Positions 50,501 through 58,386 of a stretch of 64,000 nucleotides of DNA are shown here, piece after piece. The notes below the pieces were generated by a model. It did no database searches. It saw nothing but the letters and a program-made list of their open reading frames with translations, and was not told the DNA's origin. Numbering within the stretch: position 1 is the first letter of the stretch; the number at the start of each line of letters is the position of its first letter. This DNA is from a virus. The position numbers were made by a program, and so were the translations under genes. The DNA is taken from the IMG/VR virus record IMGVR_UViG_3300009661_000001, positions 637-64,636 of that record; one strand, written 5' to 3'.

Positions 50501-52119
50501 CCTATCGGACGGTCAGGGTCATCCTTAATCATCGGTATCGAAGGGGGTTCCCAACCTGGGGTAACTTCCTGATTGGTTGCCGCAGCGTTAGCAGCAGCTG
50601 CCTCGAGGTGCGTCTCAGCATCACCTGCGTACTTCAAGAGAGTCAGCAGGCCCAGTATGCTACTGGCGCCGCTTACCGAATACTTCAGGTTAACTGCATC
50701 CATGTTGGCAAGCATTGCTGCGCGTACCTGACCGGCGAATCGAGCTATTGGGCGGAAGATTTCAGGACCCTCTACCGAAATGTCGTCAAGTAGCAGTTCG
50801 TCGCCAAGATGCTGGGTGAAGAAGCTGAGTGCCATGTGCCAGTAGTCTTCCAGGTCCATAGGCTTGTTCAGCTTATTGGCGATGATACTATCGACGTGTT
50901 CAACTGCCTCCAACTCGTCTGCCTTGAGGCGTATGACAGGTGCCAATCCCATCGCCACACCTACGTTGGAAATCTGTTGAACCTGTTTGAGGCTTAGCGT
51001 CAGACGTTTCAGGAGGTTGTGAATGTGCGCTGGTTCAGCTGCCTTGAAGCGACTCAGGTTCTGCACCTTCAGGATACCGTTGGTTTGCGTATAGGCATAT
51101 TTGTAGTTTACCCAGTCTATCAGGACTGGAATATTGGGCGGCAATTTGTTCTTTGGCGCCTCATTGAGGTCTATCATCGTAGCTGCCTCGTTCATCTTGA
51201 GCAACGAGAACGAGCCGTCACCATTGTCGCCGGCCTGCGTGAACAAATCCTCGTAGCGAGAGGTGTTGTCCAACTTCTCTGGCAACCACAACGCGATACC
51301 AGTAGGATCGATGGATAGCCCATCTTTGTTGACACGGGCTTGACCTTCTACAACGCGTGGCAGCGTCTTGGCAATCTTGGAAACTGGAAAGGAAGCGAGT
51401 GGTGTATCAGTGGAGTAGCCGTACTGACCCGTCACCCATTGTAGCAACAGCGGGTACAGATCGATGTTGCGAATCATCATCCATTCAGTGGTCGTCAACT
51501 GTTGGGCGATTGGCTTGTTGATCTTAAAGTCGGCAACGAAGATTGCGAAGCCGCCTTTGTAAAGCAGACGTATGGATACCAGGCAATCTTGAAGTTCGAC
51601 AGCCATTTTGGCATCGATGCCAATCATCTTGGAAATTGCTTGCTGGCCGGTAAAAACATGAGCAGACAATTGATCGGCCGCCGGCTGCTTACCTTGCTGG
51701 AGAGTGTTCGTCAATTCGTTGATCGAACCCGTAGCCATATCGTGTTTTTTGCCATCCGTGAACCACTGAATGAAACGATTGGCGGTCAAGCTTACGTCAC
51801 CACGCTTCATCGTGTACAAAGGGATGGTGGCCAGGAAATGCGGATCGTCCGCGTCGTTGACCTTTTTAAGCGTGAGGTAGCCGGCGAGACCTTGCTTGGC
51901 CATATATTCCGACCACGCACGTATGCCCTTACGATTCTTGCCGAAGCTCGGGTCTTTCACAATCTCTGGGAAGAAGAGACTGAGCCACATGCGGTTAATG
52001 AACACAGGTTCCAAGCCTGTGTAGCCTTTGTTGTAGACGGCCAAGAACGATTTCTTCAACTCTTTACGGTCAAGTTGGAGATTCGGTGGCACTATGAGGT
52101 TGGTTGTGGCACGCAGCAT
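47533..52119 (-). CDS. Large SNF2-family ATPase/helicase (1528 aa)
   Basis: LLPHQ, AGGGKT, LLDESH, SGT, KVLIFT, WNPGTLEQG..RV.R motifs; long uncharacterised N- and C-terminal extensions. Confidence 0.85.
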   Translation of the reverse strand: MLRATTNLIVPPNLQLDRKELKKSFLAVYNKGYTGLEPVFINRMWLSLFFPEIVKDPSFGKNRKGIRAWSEYMAKQGLAGYLTLKKVNDADDPHFLATIPLYTMKRGDVSLTANRFIQWFTDGKKHDMATGSINELTNTLQQGKQPAADQLSAHVFTGQQAISKMIGIDAKMAVELQDCLVSIRLLYKGGFAIFVADFKINKPIAQQLTTTEWMMIRNIDLYPLLLQWVTGQYGYSTDTPLASFPVSKIAKTLPRVVEGQARVNKDGLSIDPTGIALWLPEKLDNTSRYEDLFTQAGDNGDGSFSLLKMNEAATMIDLNEAPKNKLPPNIPVLIDWVNYKYAYTQTNGILKVQNLSRFKAAEPAHIHNLLKRLTLSLKQVQQISNVGVAMGLAPVIRLKADELEAVEHVDSIIANKLNKPMDLEDYWHMALSFFTQHLGDELLLDDISVEGPEIFRPIARFAGQVRAAMLANMDAVNLKYSVSGASSILGLLTLLKYAGDAETHLEAAAANAAATNQEVTPGWEPPSIPMIKDDPDRPIGLLPHQKKVRNLLKDSPSFAILPVQAGGGKTPLAITDICYEIKANRSNPYLIICPSHLVPQYVKELTFFTGGKINAIPINTYVTFRNGYERLSKMISNAPRNTVVIVDYDVLRQKQRQVCYGTTSVTVYPLIEFLRQFNFQYALLDESHFVKNDSQRTRACMALIADIPKKRLASGTMAHDSPSDLAIQIAMLDPTLFGSKSEFNNRYGSNVKGDRVIEWKPKAQYDIMKAIKSRVVVAKAMRKEWAALLPQAEELFHGVVLTENQQRVYEAILTEALDKMREDAKTNKTLQKFFKNAKQELHEDTEDDAEGNEEEDIADEDAGADLEALLGFYLARLEQYITAPARDPLGDKLLQGVDRRSPKVNMIINITKKHIEQGIEGKVLIFTNYTESAEEIYEAFDDDMRAMGILYKAADKIEAGRAFEQDDKMRWMVGVENSMNTGLNFQHVSRLIRTETVWNPGTLEQGNSRVNRPELKKAERRDKIYYDWIVANHTLDITKVSRLISKVIAVAKFENTESVAYETVPDVKVIAMNVDSIMAMNDWNENLTTYAHAYKVYNQVKSDDYAEYRAKHGELKLDPLVIAPNPKDAMIMAEVPYVPGLEIFNSGELGLVRVDEFLHMDTQNNAGAEDESEDEETEEGALTEKQKLKKQAAVALQGQAVHTEFGDGVIKTVMLHAKKLNVALDNGYLVRVHMAASYIITKKNTSGKQMRDAIMDQVGQKKDKKGRLVEHDKLKVQPPTGILGPSFRLNKAAERKAEKERMQKQHTPTVVETGIDVELEFNVSNGFLGITYFVEDDKAKSALQALGFRPVPQFALAQFKSSAALWRLFAAWEAKGFTLDETYRKMHVARAVWDMAALIKSGGLSSGKETFNFANKNQLTNFFRLESKPSTAKNEIKPYPMIEDGKAFIVMHTRGQPAALRAMKVAVPGVKWSKGAESMVYYGLDLAHTGQKIKEIQAAGIGISNVKDLSAHFKKLKKIKIRNDQDMK

Positions 52120-52186
52120 TTTGAGTGTCCTTTAGTTGAGGGGTATTCGGCATAAAATTGGACCAAACGAATACACCTAGACGTGC

Positions 52187-52220
52187 AAAGAGCCAGCCCT
52201 ATATTAGCGACTGGCTCTCT
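52187..52220 (-). terminator. Hairpin, possible terminator
   Basis: AGAGCCAG / CTGGCTCT stem just after the stop of 52227..52925. Confidence 0.5.
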
Positions 52221-52226
52221 TATTTA

Positions 52227-52925
52227 CTACAATAGGCGTCGGTGATATCCATACGGGCGATTGGACCGTAAAACAGGCATCCAGAGAACATCGAGAGTAA
52301 ACTTCTCAAGCTCAGCGCGTGAGGGCAAGTGGCGACCCGGCAAGTCAGGGAACTGTCGGCAGGTAATTTCGTAACCTATGTGCCACCGTTGCGTCCCATT
52401 AGCTCCCTCATTGTAGACAACCATAGTTACGTTGTCGCTGAGGTGCTTGATATACTTACCGTCATGTTTAATGCGGAAGCCTGGGTATGGCGTCTGCATA
52501 AGCCACCGCACGAAGGTGGGGTCCTTGATGTAAACCTGACCGAACACATCGAGTGAAAACCCGATGTTATTCATCTTAACAACCCTTGAGGTCGTTCGTA
52601 TTTGAACGTGTTTAAGAAACTCACTGTGATTCAGAAACTTCACCACGGCTTTCCGAGCTTCTTTAAGATGATTTACGATCTGGTCATTCGCAGATTGCTT
52701 CAGATTGGAGAACGGGTAGATATCACGGTCAGTACAAGTGTTGACGAAATCCTTTATAGCCAGACCCCAGTCAACGTCCGGGTCATTAGTTGGAACCAAT
52801 CGCCCTATCACCTGATCCCACACAGGTTTACCGTTGATGTTAAAGCTGATGGGGAAAGCTGCTGCCGTAGGGCTCCTCGCCTGATCGATAGCGCTGACAC
52901 CCAAGCTGGCGAGGAAGGGTCTCAT
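52227..52925 (-). CDS. Hypothetical protein
   Basis: 232-aa ORF with ATGA overlap. Confidence 0.7.
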   Translation of the reverse strand: MRPFLASLGVSAIDQARSPTAAAFPISFNINGKPVWDQVIGRLVPTNDPDVDWGLAIKDFVNTCTDRDIYPFSNLKQSANDQIVNHLKEARKAVVKFLNHSEFLKHVQIRTTSRVVKMNNIGFSLDVFGQVYIKDPTFVRWLMQTPYPGFRIKHDGKYIKHLSDNVTMVVYNEGANGTQRWHIGYEITCRQFPDLPGRHLPSRAELEKFTLDVLWMPVLRSNRPYGYHRRLL

Positions 52926-53362
52926 GTTGGGCTCCGGAACGACGGTACACCGTCATCCGTCAGCACGTCTTGCGAATCAGGCGTGGTAACGCCTACACCG
53001 ATATCATGCACATCGGCACCGTCGTCGTTGGTTTCTTGTTGCGAACCCAAGTCGTCACCGGTCGGATCGCCGTCCGTGAGTGCCACGTCTTCCAGCGGAA
53101 TGGCATCCTCATCAATATTTGGATCGTAAAGTACATCCTCATCGGCGGCTTCAATCTTGGTTGCCATTGCCTCCGTTGGATCGGTCAGCACGTCGTCATC
53201 ATCACCGTCGACGACTTCGCCTAGAAGCTCATAAATGTGGGCTTCCAAGGCTTCCTTGTCCATGCCCAATGCACCAGCTAGGGCGTGTACCTGAGCATCG
53301 GCGGGTTTCGGATTCAATTGCAGAAAGATGGTAATTAGTTCGGTCAGTTTCTCGTTCATCAT
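52922..53362 (-). CDS. Very acidic hypothetical protein with internal KIEAA
   Basis: GGAG RBS; Asp-rich; contains MATKIEAADED. Confidence 0.7.
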   Translation of the reverse strand: MMNEKLTELITIFLQLNPKPADAQVHALAGALGMDKEALEAHIYELLGEVVDGDDDDVLTDPTEAMATKIEAADEDVLYDPNIDEDAIPLEDVALTDGDPTGDDLGSQQETNDDGADVHDIGVGVTTPDSQDVLTDDGVPSFRSPT

Positions 53363-53850
53363 TTGCTCCTATAGGATTGCAGGTATTTAATTATCTTTGT
53401 CGACCACTTGTCGTACTCAAGCGATGATATGCCGTCTAATTCTTTTATGGCAGCCTCGTGTGCGTTACCACCAAGTTGGACGTCCTTTTCTGCCATTACA
53501 AAAGGGCTTGCATCAGGGTATTTCTTACGTGCAGCAGCGATGGTCAGCTTAGCCTCGACGTATTCATGCTGCATTACGTGTACCAGCTCCCACTCTAGTC
53601 CGGCTTTCAAGCAAGCATTATAGAAAGAGGTTTGAAAAAGTATGGTTATATGACCAGTAAAATCTACGGTCCAACTGGCTTCCCAATCACCATTAGTACC
53701 CTTCAATTTTTCCATTAACTCTAAGCTGGTACGCGGAAATGGTGTGGTCTTATTCTTGATATGAGGTAGGTATGAAGGAACCTGCGCCACTGACCTGTCG
53801 TACCATGGTGGCGTCAAGGCGGTCAAGCGTTTCACGGCCTCTATCTTCAT
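53359..53850 (-). CDS. MKIEA-tagged protein with an HExxE...AH motif
   Basis: MKIEAVKRLTA; MQHEYVE...AHEAA suggests a metal-binding site. Confidence 0.65.
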   Translation of the reverse strand: MKIEAVKRLTALTPPWYDRSVAQVPSYLPHIKNKTTPFPRTSLELMEKLKGTNGDWEASWTVDFTGHITILFQTSFYNACLKAGLEWELVHVMQHEYVEAKLTIAAARKKYPDASPFVMAEKDVQLGGNAHEAAIKELDGISSLEYDKWSTKIIKYLQSYRSK

Positions 53851-54182
53851 CATTTGCACCCATGGTAAGTCTTTAAATGGTTATTGCCTGGGTGCCGTTG
53901 CTCATGGCAGTTATCGCACACCGACATCAAATTCTTTTTTGTAGTTGTACCGCCTTTGGAAAGGGGAAGTATGTGGTGACAGTCGGTAGCCTTTACAAGC
54001 TTGCCCTTACGCCGGCACGGGACGCAAAACCCCCCGTCACGCTTGAAAACCTCCTTACGAATATCCCACCAACTGTTGGTCTTAGTAAATCCTGAGACTG
54101 TCGCATAGCCACTGCGCTTGATTTTGGTGACCCCACTTTTGCTCGAAGTCCGTACTGAGGCAAATCTTTTTATCAGTCCCAT
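53850..54182 (-). CDS. HNH endonuclease
   Basis: RDGGFCVPC...DCHHILPLSKGG...NLMSVCDNCHEQRH. Confidence 0.9.
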   Translation of the reverse strand: MGLIKRFASVRTSSKSGVTKIKRSGYATVSGFTKTNSWWDIRKEVFKRDGGFCVPCRRKGKLVKATDCHHILPLSKGGTTTKKNLMSVCDNCHEQRHPGNNHLKTYHGCK

Positions 54183-55384
54183 GCGTATCCCTTGCGTTCG
54201 GCTTTATCCCAGCGCGCTTCTTTCTTTTTTTGGTAGTAACTGCGTATAGAAATTGCTGCCAGCCGAACATTATCACCTAGGCCAACCGGTATCCCGTGTA
54301 TGGTTGGTCCCTCTTGCTTCCGTAACTCATAGAACGATGAATCGGAAACTATCATAAAGTTGAAAGACTGGCCCGGTATGAATTTCTTGGCATCGGTAAA
54401 CGACACAAACGCCCAACCCTTCTTACCGAACGCTTTACAAGCCACCATACCGTCAACGAGTTTGCCTCCCCACACAACCGTAGCCAGTAGTGAATCGTGC
54501 GGCTGCACACGAACTAGCTTGTGTTCTTCAACCTGCTCCAAAGCCTGCTTATGTTTATTGATACGTGATTCGTATTCAATCTTTTCTTCTTCGGTCATGT
54601 AAGTGGACCGTTCGTTCGGATCATAGCGCCTAGGGTTCAGGCCAACTTTCTTCATCCATGCCTGCCAATTATGGCCGTGACCTCCCTCAGAGTGATCGGT
54701 AACCTTATCGATTTCGGACACTGCTTGATGGCACATTTCATGCAGCAGGACCTCAACAAAAAACGCAAACGTGTGATTCAACAAACGAGGACTCAACGCC
54801 AACTCGCGGTAGAACCCGTCCCAGAAACCGCGTGTCTTGAGGCTGGTTCCCCTAACGTTCTTCATAAACCGCAGGAGCTTAGGTATGTGCATTTTGCCTT
54901 GGAACTTATGGACATTAAGGTATATCCACAGGTCCTTCAAGAAGGTCAATGACAATTCAGGAAAAACCTGGCAGCGTTTAAACAGCGCCTCCAGCTTTGG
55001 ATCGACAGATATATGTGGTACATTGTTATCGTCATTCTCGGTACCTGTTCGTGGATCATGTGGCGGTTCGATTGGTTTTTCAACCGGTGCCTTTACTTCA
55101 GGTACCTCAGGTTTAGAACCTTTCTTCGTGTTCTTGAGCAACACAGTTTTGGTTGTGGGCCAAATAGCGACCACCCCACTCTTGTTGTACGCATACCGGA
55201 TACTCTTTTCTACACTCTTCGGCTCACCCAGCATAACCTTGACGCGGGCCTTGTCGTAATCCGAATAGTAGAACTTGATGATGTTGTCGCCCTCATGCTT
55301 GAAGCGGAGGCCGTGGAAGCCAAGCTCCAGGAGGAAGGCCTGTGCTTGGTTCCGGTCTGCCATTACGGCAAGAATCGGAGTCAT
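54173..55384 (-). CDS. SprT-like zinc metalloprotease with an N-terminal domain shared with 55993..56301
   Basis: VLLHEMCH (HExxH) and GHGHNWQAWM..VG SprT motifs. Confidence 0.85.
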   Translation of the reverse strand: MTPILAVMADRNQAQAFLLELGFHGLRFKHEGDNIIKFYYSDYDKARVKVMLGEPKSVEKSIRYAYNKSGVVAIWPTTKTVLLKNTKKGSKPEVPEVKAPVEKPIEPPHDPRTGTENDDNNVPHISVDPKLEALFKRCQVFPELSLTFLKDLWIYLNVHKFQGKMHIPKLLRFMKNVRGTSLKTRGFWDGFYRELALSPRLLNHTFAFFVEVLLHEMCHQAVSEIDKVTDHSEGGHGHNWQAWMKKVGLNPRRYDPNERSTYMTEEEKIEYESRINKHKQALEQVEEHKLVRVQPHDSLLATVVWGGKLVDGMVACKAFGKKGWAFVSFTDAKKFIPGQSFNFMIVSDSSFYELRKQEGPTIHGIPVGLGDNVRLAAISIRSYYQKKKEARWDKAERKGYAWD

Positions 55385-55944
55385 CGGAAACCTTTCTGTA
55401 TGAACGCATCGGGATCAACTCCTTTGGCAAGCAGGATGAGGCGCACACCGTCGACTTCAGCCAGACCTAATGCGTTCTCACCACTTGACTTGAGCATCGT
55501 AACCTTGTCGTTGACTGCAAGCAGGTCATATTGCTTGCTCAATGCCTTCCACACCTGTGCGGAGGCTGCACTCTGTACGTCGTGGCTAAGGATACTCATT
55601 TTGTTATCTAACACCCATTTGTACAGAGCCTTAGCGAAGCCCATTCCTCGGTAAGGCTTGAGGAAGAAAGAGCTTGGTACAAATAGACGCCCGAATGGAA
55701 AATCGCGAGGCACAATGGACAAGAGGCCCACCGGTTCATCGTTGTGGACCAAATAGATGTCGAAGATGATTCCCTGCTTATTTACTTGGATGCGAAAACC
55801 CGGAGTATTGGTTGGCACATTCTTGATAGAACCCTCACCAAGGTGAAATTCATCTAGAGCGGCTTGACCTTGTTTATCGGAGAACGCAACGTCAGACGGT
55901 ACTATGTGTACTGATTGCAGGCGAGTAAGGGCTTCGATTTTCAT
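55381..55944 (-). CDS. MKIEA-tagged GNAT-fold protein
   Basis: YRGMGFAKALY acetyl-CoA-binding motif A; S..QS..S..VW..L. Confidence 0.7.
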   Translation of the reverse strand: MKIEALTRLQSVHIVPSDVAFSDKQGQAALDEFHLGEGSIKNVPTNTPGFRIQVNKQGIIFDIYLVHNDEPVGLLSIVPRDFPFGRLFVPSSFFLKPYRGMGFAKALYKWVLDNKMSILSHDVQSAASAQVWKALSKQYDLLAVNDKVTMLKSSGENALGLAEVDGVRLILLAKGVDPDAFIQKGFR

Positions 55945-55957
55945 ATTTAGACCTCAG

Positions 55958-55984
55958 AAAAAGGGAGGCCGTTTAAGACCTCCC
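55958..55984 (-). terminator. Intrinsic terminator
   Basis: GGGAGGTC...GGCCTCCC stem plus TTTTT on the minus strand. Confidence 0.75.
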
Positions 55985-55992
55985 TCGTTGAA

Positions 55993-56301
55993 TTACTGAC
56001 CGCGTTTGCTATTTTTGAAGATCACTTCCTTACGATTAGGCCACACTGCGAGGACACCAGCGCCCGGGACGTTGTAGCGGATCGATTCGGACTTGGTCGT
56101 TTCTTTCGGCGCGCCCAGTTTCTTGTTCAGCATCTTCTCGTTGTATTTCTCGTACTTGAAGGTCAAGATGTCCTCGTCGCTTTTCTTCAGCGTGACACCG
56201 GTGAAGCCGACCTCGGTCAGGTACTTGATGGCTTTTTTCTCCGAGCCTTCTGCTGCCAGGATTTCGGATTTTGCGATACGTGCGGCTGCTTCGATTTTCA
56301 T
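55993..56301 (-). CDS. MKIEA-tagged small basic protein
   Basis: AAGGA RBS; MKIEAAARIAK; homologous to the SprT protein N-terminus. Confidence 0.8.
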   Translation of the reverse strand: MKIEAAARIAKSEILAAEGSEKKAIKYLTEVGFTGVTLKKSDEDILTFKYEKYNEKMLNKKLGAPKETTKSESIRYNVPGAGVLAVWPNRKEVIFKNSKRGQ

Positions 56302-56327
56302 GGTATTTCCTTTTGAGGTTGAGTTAC

Positions 56328-56726
56328 TTAAAATTGACGGCCTTCAACGTCGTCGCTGATTACACCATCTTGGATAAAACCGTGATACCCACCATGGAGA
56401 TTGATTGAAGGGTGAACCGTGATGTTGGGTGCATCACCAGTTACCATCCATCCTCCATAGTAATTACCGCTTGACCAACACATGCCATCGACGCAGAAAA
56501 GGTCTTTGTTCGGTAGCACTACCACCAAAGGCTTACGGTGGATGTTAGTCGTGAGATAAAATTCGGACAAGTGCCTGCACACAAAATGCACAGATCGAGT
56601 CCACTTTGGGTCGTCCTCTTCTTCTAAACCCGGCCCCCAGAATGCATCGCCAGGCTTTAGCGTAGCACCATCACCTCTTGAATACATGCCTTTCTCGTAC
56701 TCAATCATTCTTAAAGGCCACGGCAT
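56328..56726 (-). CDS. DUF6527-like protein
   Basis: W..TGDAPNITVHPSI....YHGFIQDG pattern. Confidence 0.55.
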   Translation of the reverse strand: MPWPLRMIEYEKGMYSRGDGATLKPGDAFWGPGLEEEDDPKWTRSVHFVCRHLSEFYLTTNIHRKPLVVVLPNKDLFCVDGMCWSSGNYYGGWMVTGDAPNITVHPSINLHGGYHGFIQDGVISDDVEGRQF

Positions 56727-56735
56727 AGTAGTCTC

Positions 56736-57356
56736 CTATTTAGGCCAAATAAATCGGAACAATGGTTTTGGTCCTGCGGTGAGATTGATATCGCCTTGTG
56801 GGTGTTTGTAAATCAGATCGTCACCTCGTTGTTCAATCTCGTTACGTTTGGTCTTGATGTTACCACTGACCTCTATGTAAATCTTTGGTGTGGATTTGTA
56901 GAGACTCAGCCACGTATAATAACTGAACGTTCCAAGGTCATCCGAACTTTCGATACCATTCTTACTGTATTGGTGGACCGTTACGTATAAGGCTTTTCCG
57001 TACCCTTGCCCACGAACTGTAGGATTCGTCCAGATGGATTCCACCACATCTCTTGGATTTTGTTTCAAAGCCTTTATGAATCCCAGGATTTGTGCTACAC
57101 CAGCACTGTGAAGGGAATCTAGCTCACCATCGAGCTTTAACTCTGACCCTTTAACCAGACATTCGGCAACAACAAAAGTGCGTTTCCACGTTTGATTGTA
57201 CATTAGCAGAACGCCAGTACCATGATGATTCAGAACCTTAAACGCGGAGGCGTCAGTATCATGCAGTAGGTCACGTGCAACTTCAGGGCCGCGCCCAAAG
57301 TTGTCGCCCTCCGTTATCGCCATTGCGGTTAGCCTGCTTAGGGCCTCTATCTTCAT
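56736..57356 (-). CDS. MKIEA-tagged GNAT-fold protein
   Basis: VRGQGYGKALY; close paralog of 57748..58383. Confidence 0.75.
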   Translation of the reverse strand: MKIEALSRLTAMAITEGDNFGRGPEVARDLLHDTDASAFKVLNHHGTGVLLMYNQTWKRTFVVAECLVKGSELKLDGELDSLHSAGVAQILGFIKALKQNPRDVVESIWTNPTVRGQGYGKALYVTVHQYSKNGIESSDDLGTFSYYTWLSLYKSTPKIYIEVSGNIKTKRNEIEQRGDDLIYKHPQGDINLTAGPKPLFRFIWPK

Positions 57357-57357
57357 A

Positions 57358-57738
57358 TTAACCTTTCGGTGGCTCTAAGGCCTCAGCAGTATCAGTCGCA
57401 CGCTTGTCTTCGGTACGACGTGACAGGTATTTATCTAGGGCTACTGAACCAGACCAAACAACCATGTAGCCTGTAAAGTAGCTTTCGGTCAACTGACCTT
57501 TTAAGGTCAAGGCAATAAAGCCCCAGCTTGATACTACCAAAGCCACTATCTGACCGATCTTGTGAATCGATGGACGTTTCTTTTCGTCGTAGATTAGCCA
57601 GCGCAAATCTACGGAGTCTCGCTTGACCTGCATATAGCCGAGCAGACAAATGACGAAGGTAATGGTCAGAAACAATAGGGCTTCCATTACTGTCACATCG
57701 CCGGGGTGCAACCATAGCTGCCCTAGTGTTTTGTTCAT
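57358..57738 (-). CDS. Small multi-pass membrane protein, holin-like
   Basis: Three hydrophobic segments; DLRWLI.D...PS..KIGQ..ALVVSSW pattern seen in phage membrane proteins. Confidence 0.55.
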   Translation of the reverse strand: MNKTLGQLWLHPGDVTVMEALLFLTITFVICLLGYMQVKRDSVDLRWLIYDEKKRPSIHKIGQIVALVVSSWGFIALTLKGQLTESYFTGYMVVWSGSVALDKYLSRRTEDKRATDTAEALEPPKG

Positions 57739-57747
57739 ACTCGTTCC

Positions 57748-58383
57748 TTATTTTGGCCAAATAAAATAGAAAGTTGGCGTCCCGCGTGCGGTTAATTCAA
57801 CCAACTTATCACCATAGTCGTACAAAATATCTAACCCGTTTACGGTTATCTTTTTCCTGTCAAGCGCACCTTGATACCACTTTGGTACATTAAGCTTTAT
57901 TTCAGGATGAGCCTTGAACAACGATATCCATAGACCTAAACTCATAGTACCGAGTGAGTCAGAACTACGAATACCCTTTTTAGACATTTCATAGGCGACC
58001 TTGTAAAGTGCCTTCCCATATCCCTTGCCTCGGTAATTTTTGTGCACCCATACCGCAGATGTTTCCTCCCTTACACCAAGAATGAGAGCATCATGCGATA
58101 CTGCCATATAGGCTATGGCTGAATCGAACCCACTCTTTGCTATGGTTTTATTTTCCTTTAGGGCTGCCGAGAAATCTGATAGTGGTACCTTAATAGTTAC
58201 CAAAAGAAGCGTACCCGTTTTCGGTGAGTGTAACAAGACCTGGTTCTCGTGCGAATTTAGGACCTTAAATTGAGAACCCTCGCGTGTGGAAACGAGCCAC
58301 GCTACATCGTCTGCTGCCCCTGAAAAATTATCACCTTGCGTTATGGTCATACCTTTAAGTCTCGCGGCGGCTTCTATAATCAT
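57748..58383 (-). CDS. Tagged (MIIEAAARL) GNAT-fold protein
   Basis: YRGKGYGKALY; SS..LGT.S..W.SL; ends FIWPK like 56736..57356. Confidence 0.75.
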   Translation of the reverse strand: MIIEAAARLKGMTITQGDNFSGAADDVAWLVSTREGSQFKVLNSHENQVLLHSPKTGTLLLVTIKVPLSDFSAALKENKTIAKSGFDSAIAYMAVSHDALILGVREETSAVWVHKNYRGKGYGKALYKVAYEMSKKGIRSSDSLGTMSLGLWISLFKAHPEIKLNVPKWYQGALDRKKITVNGLDILYDYGDKLVELTARGTPTFYFIWPK

Positions 58384-58386
58384 AAG

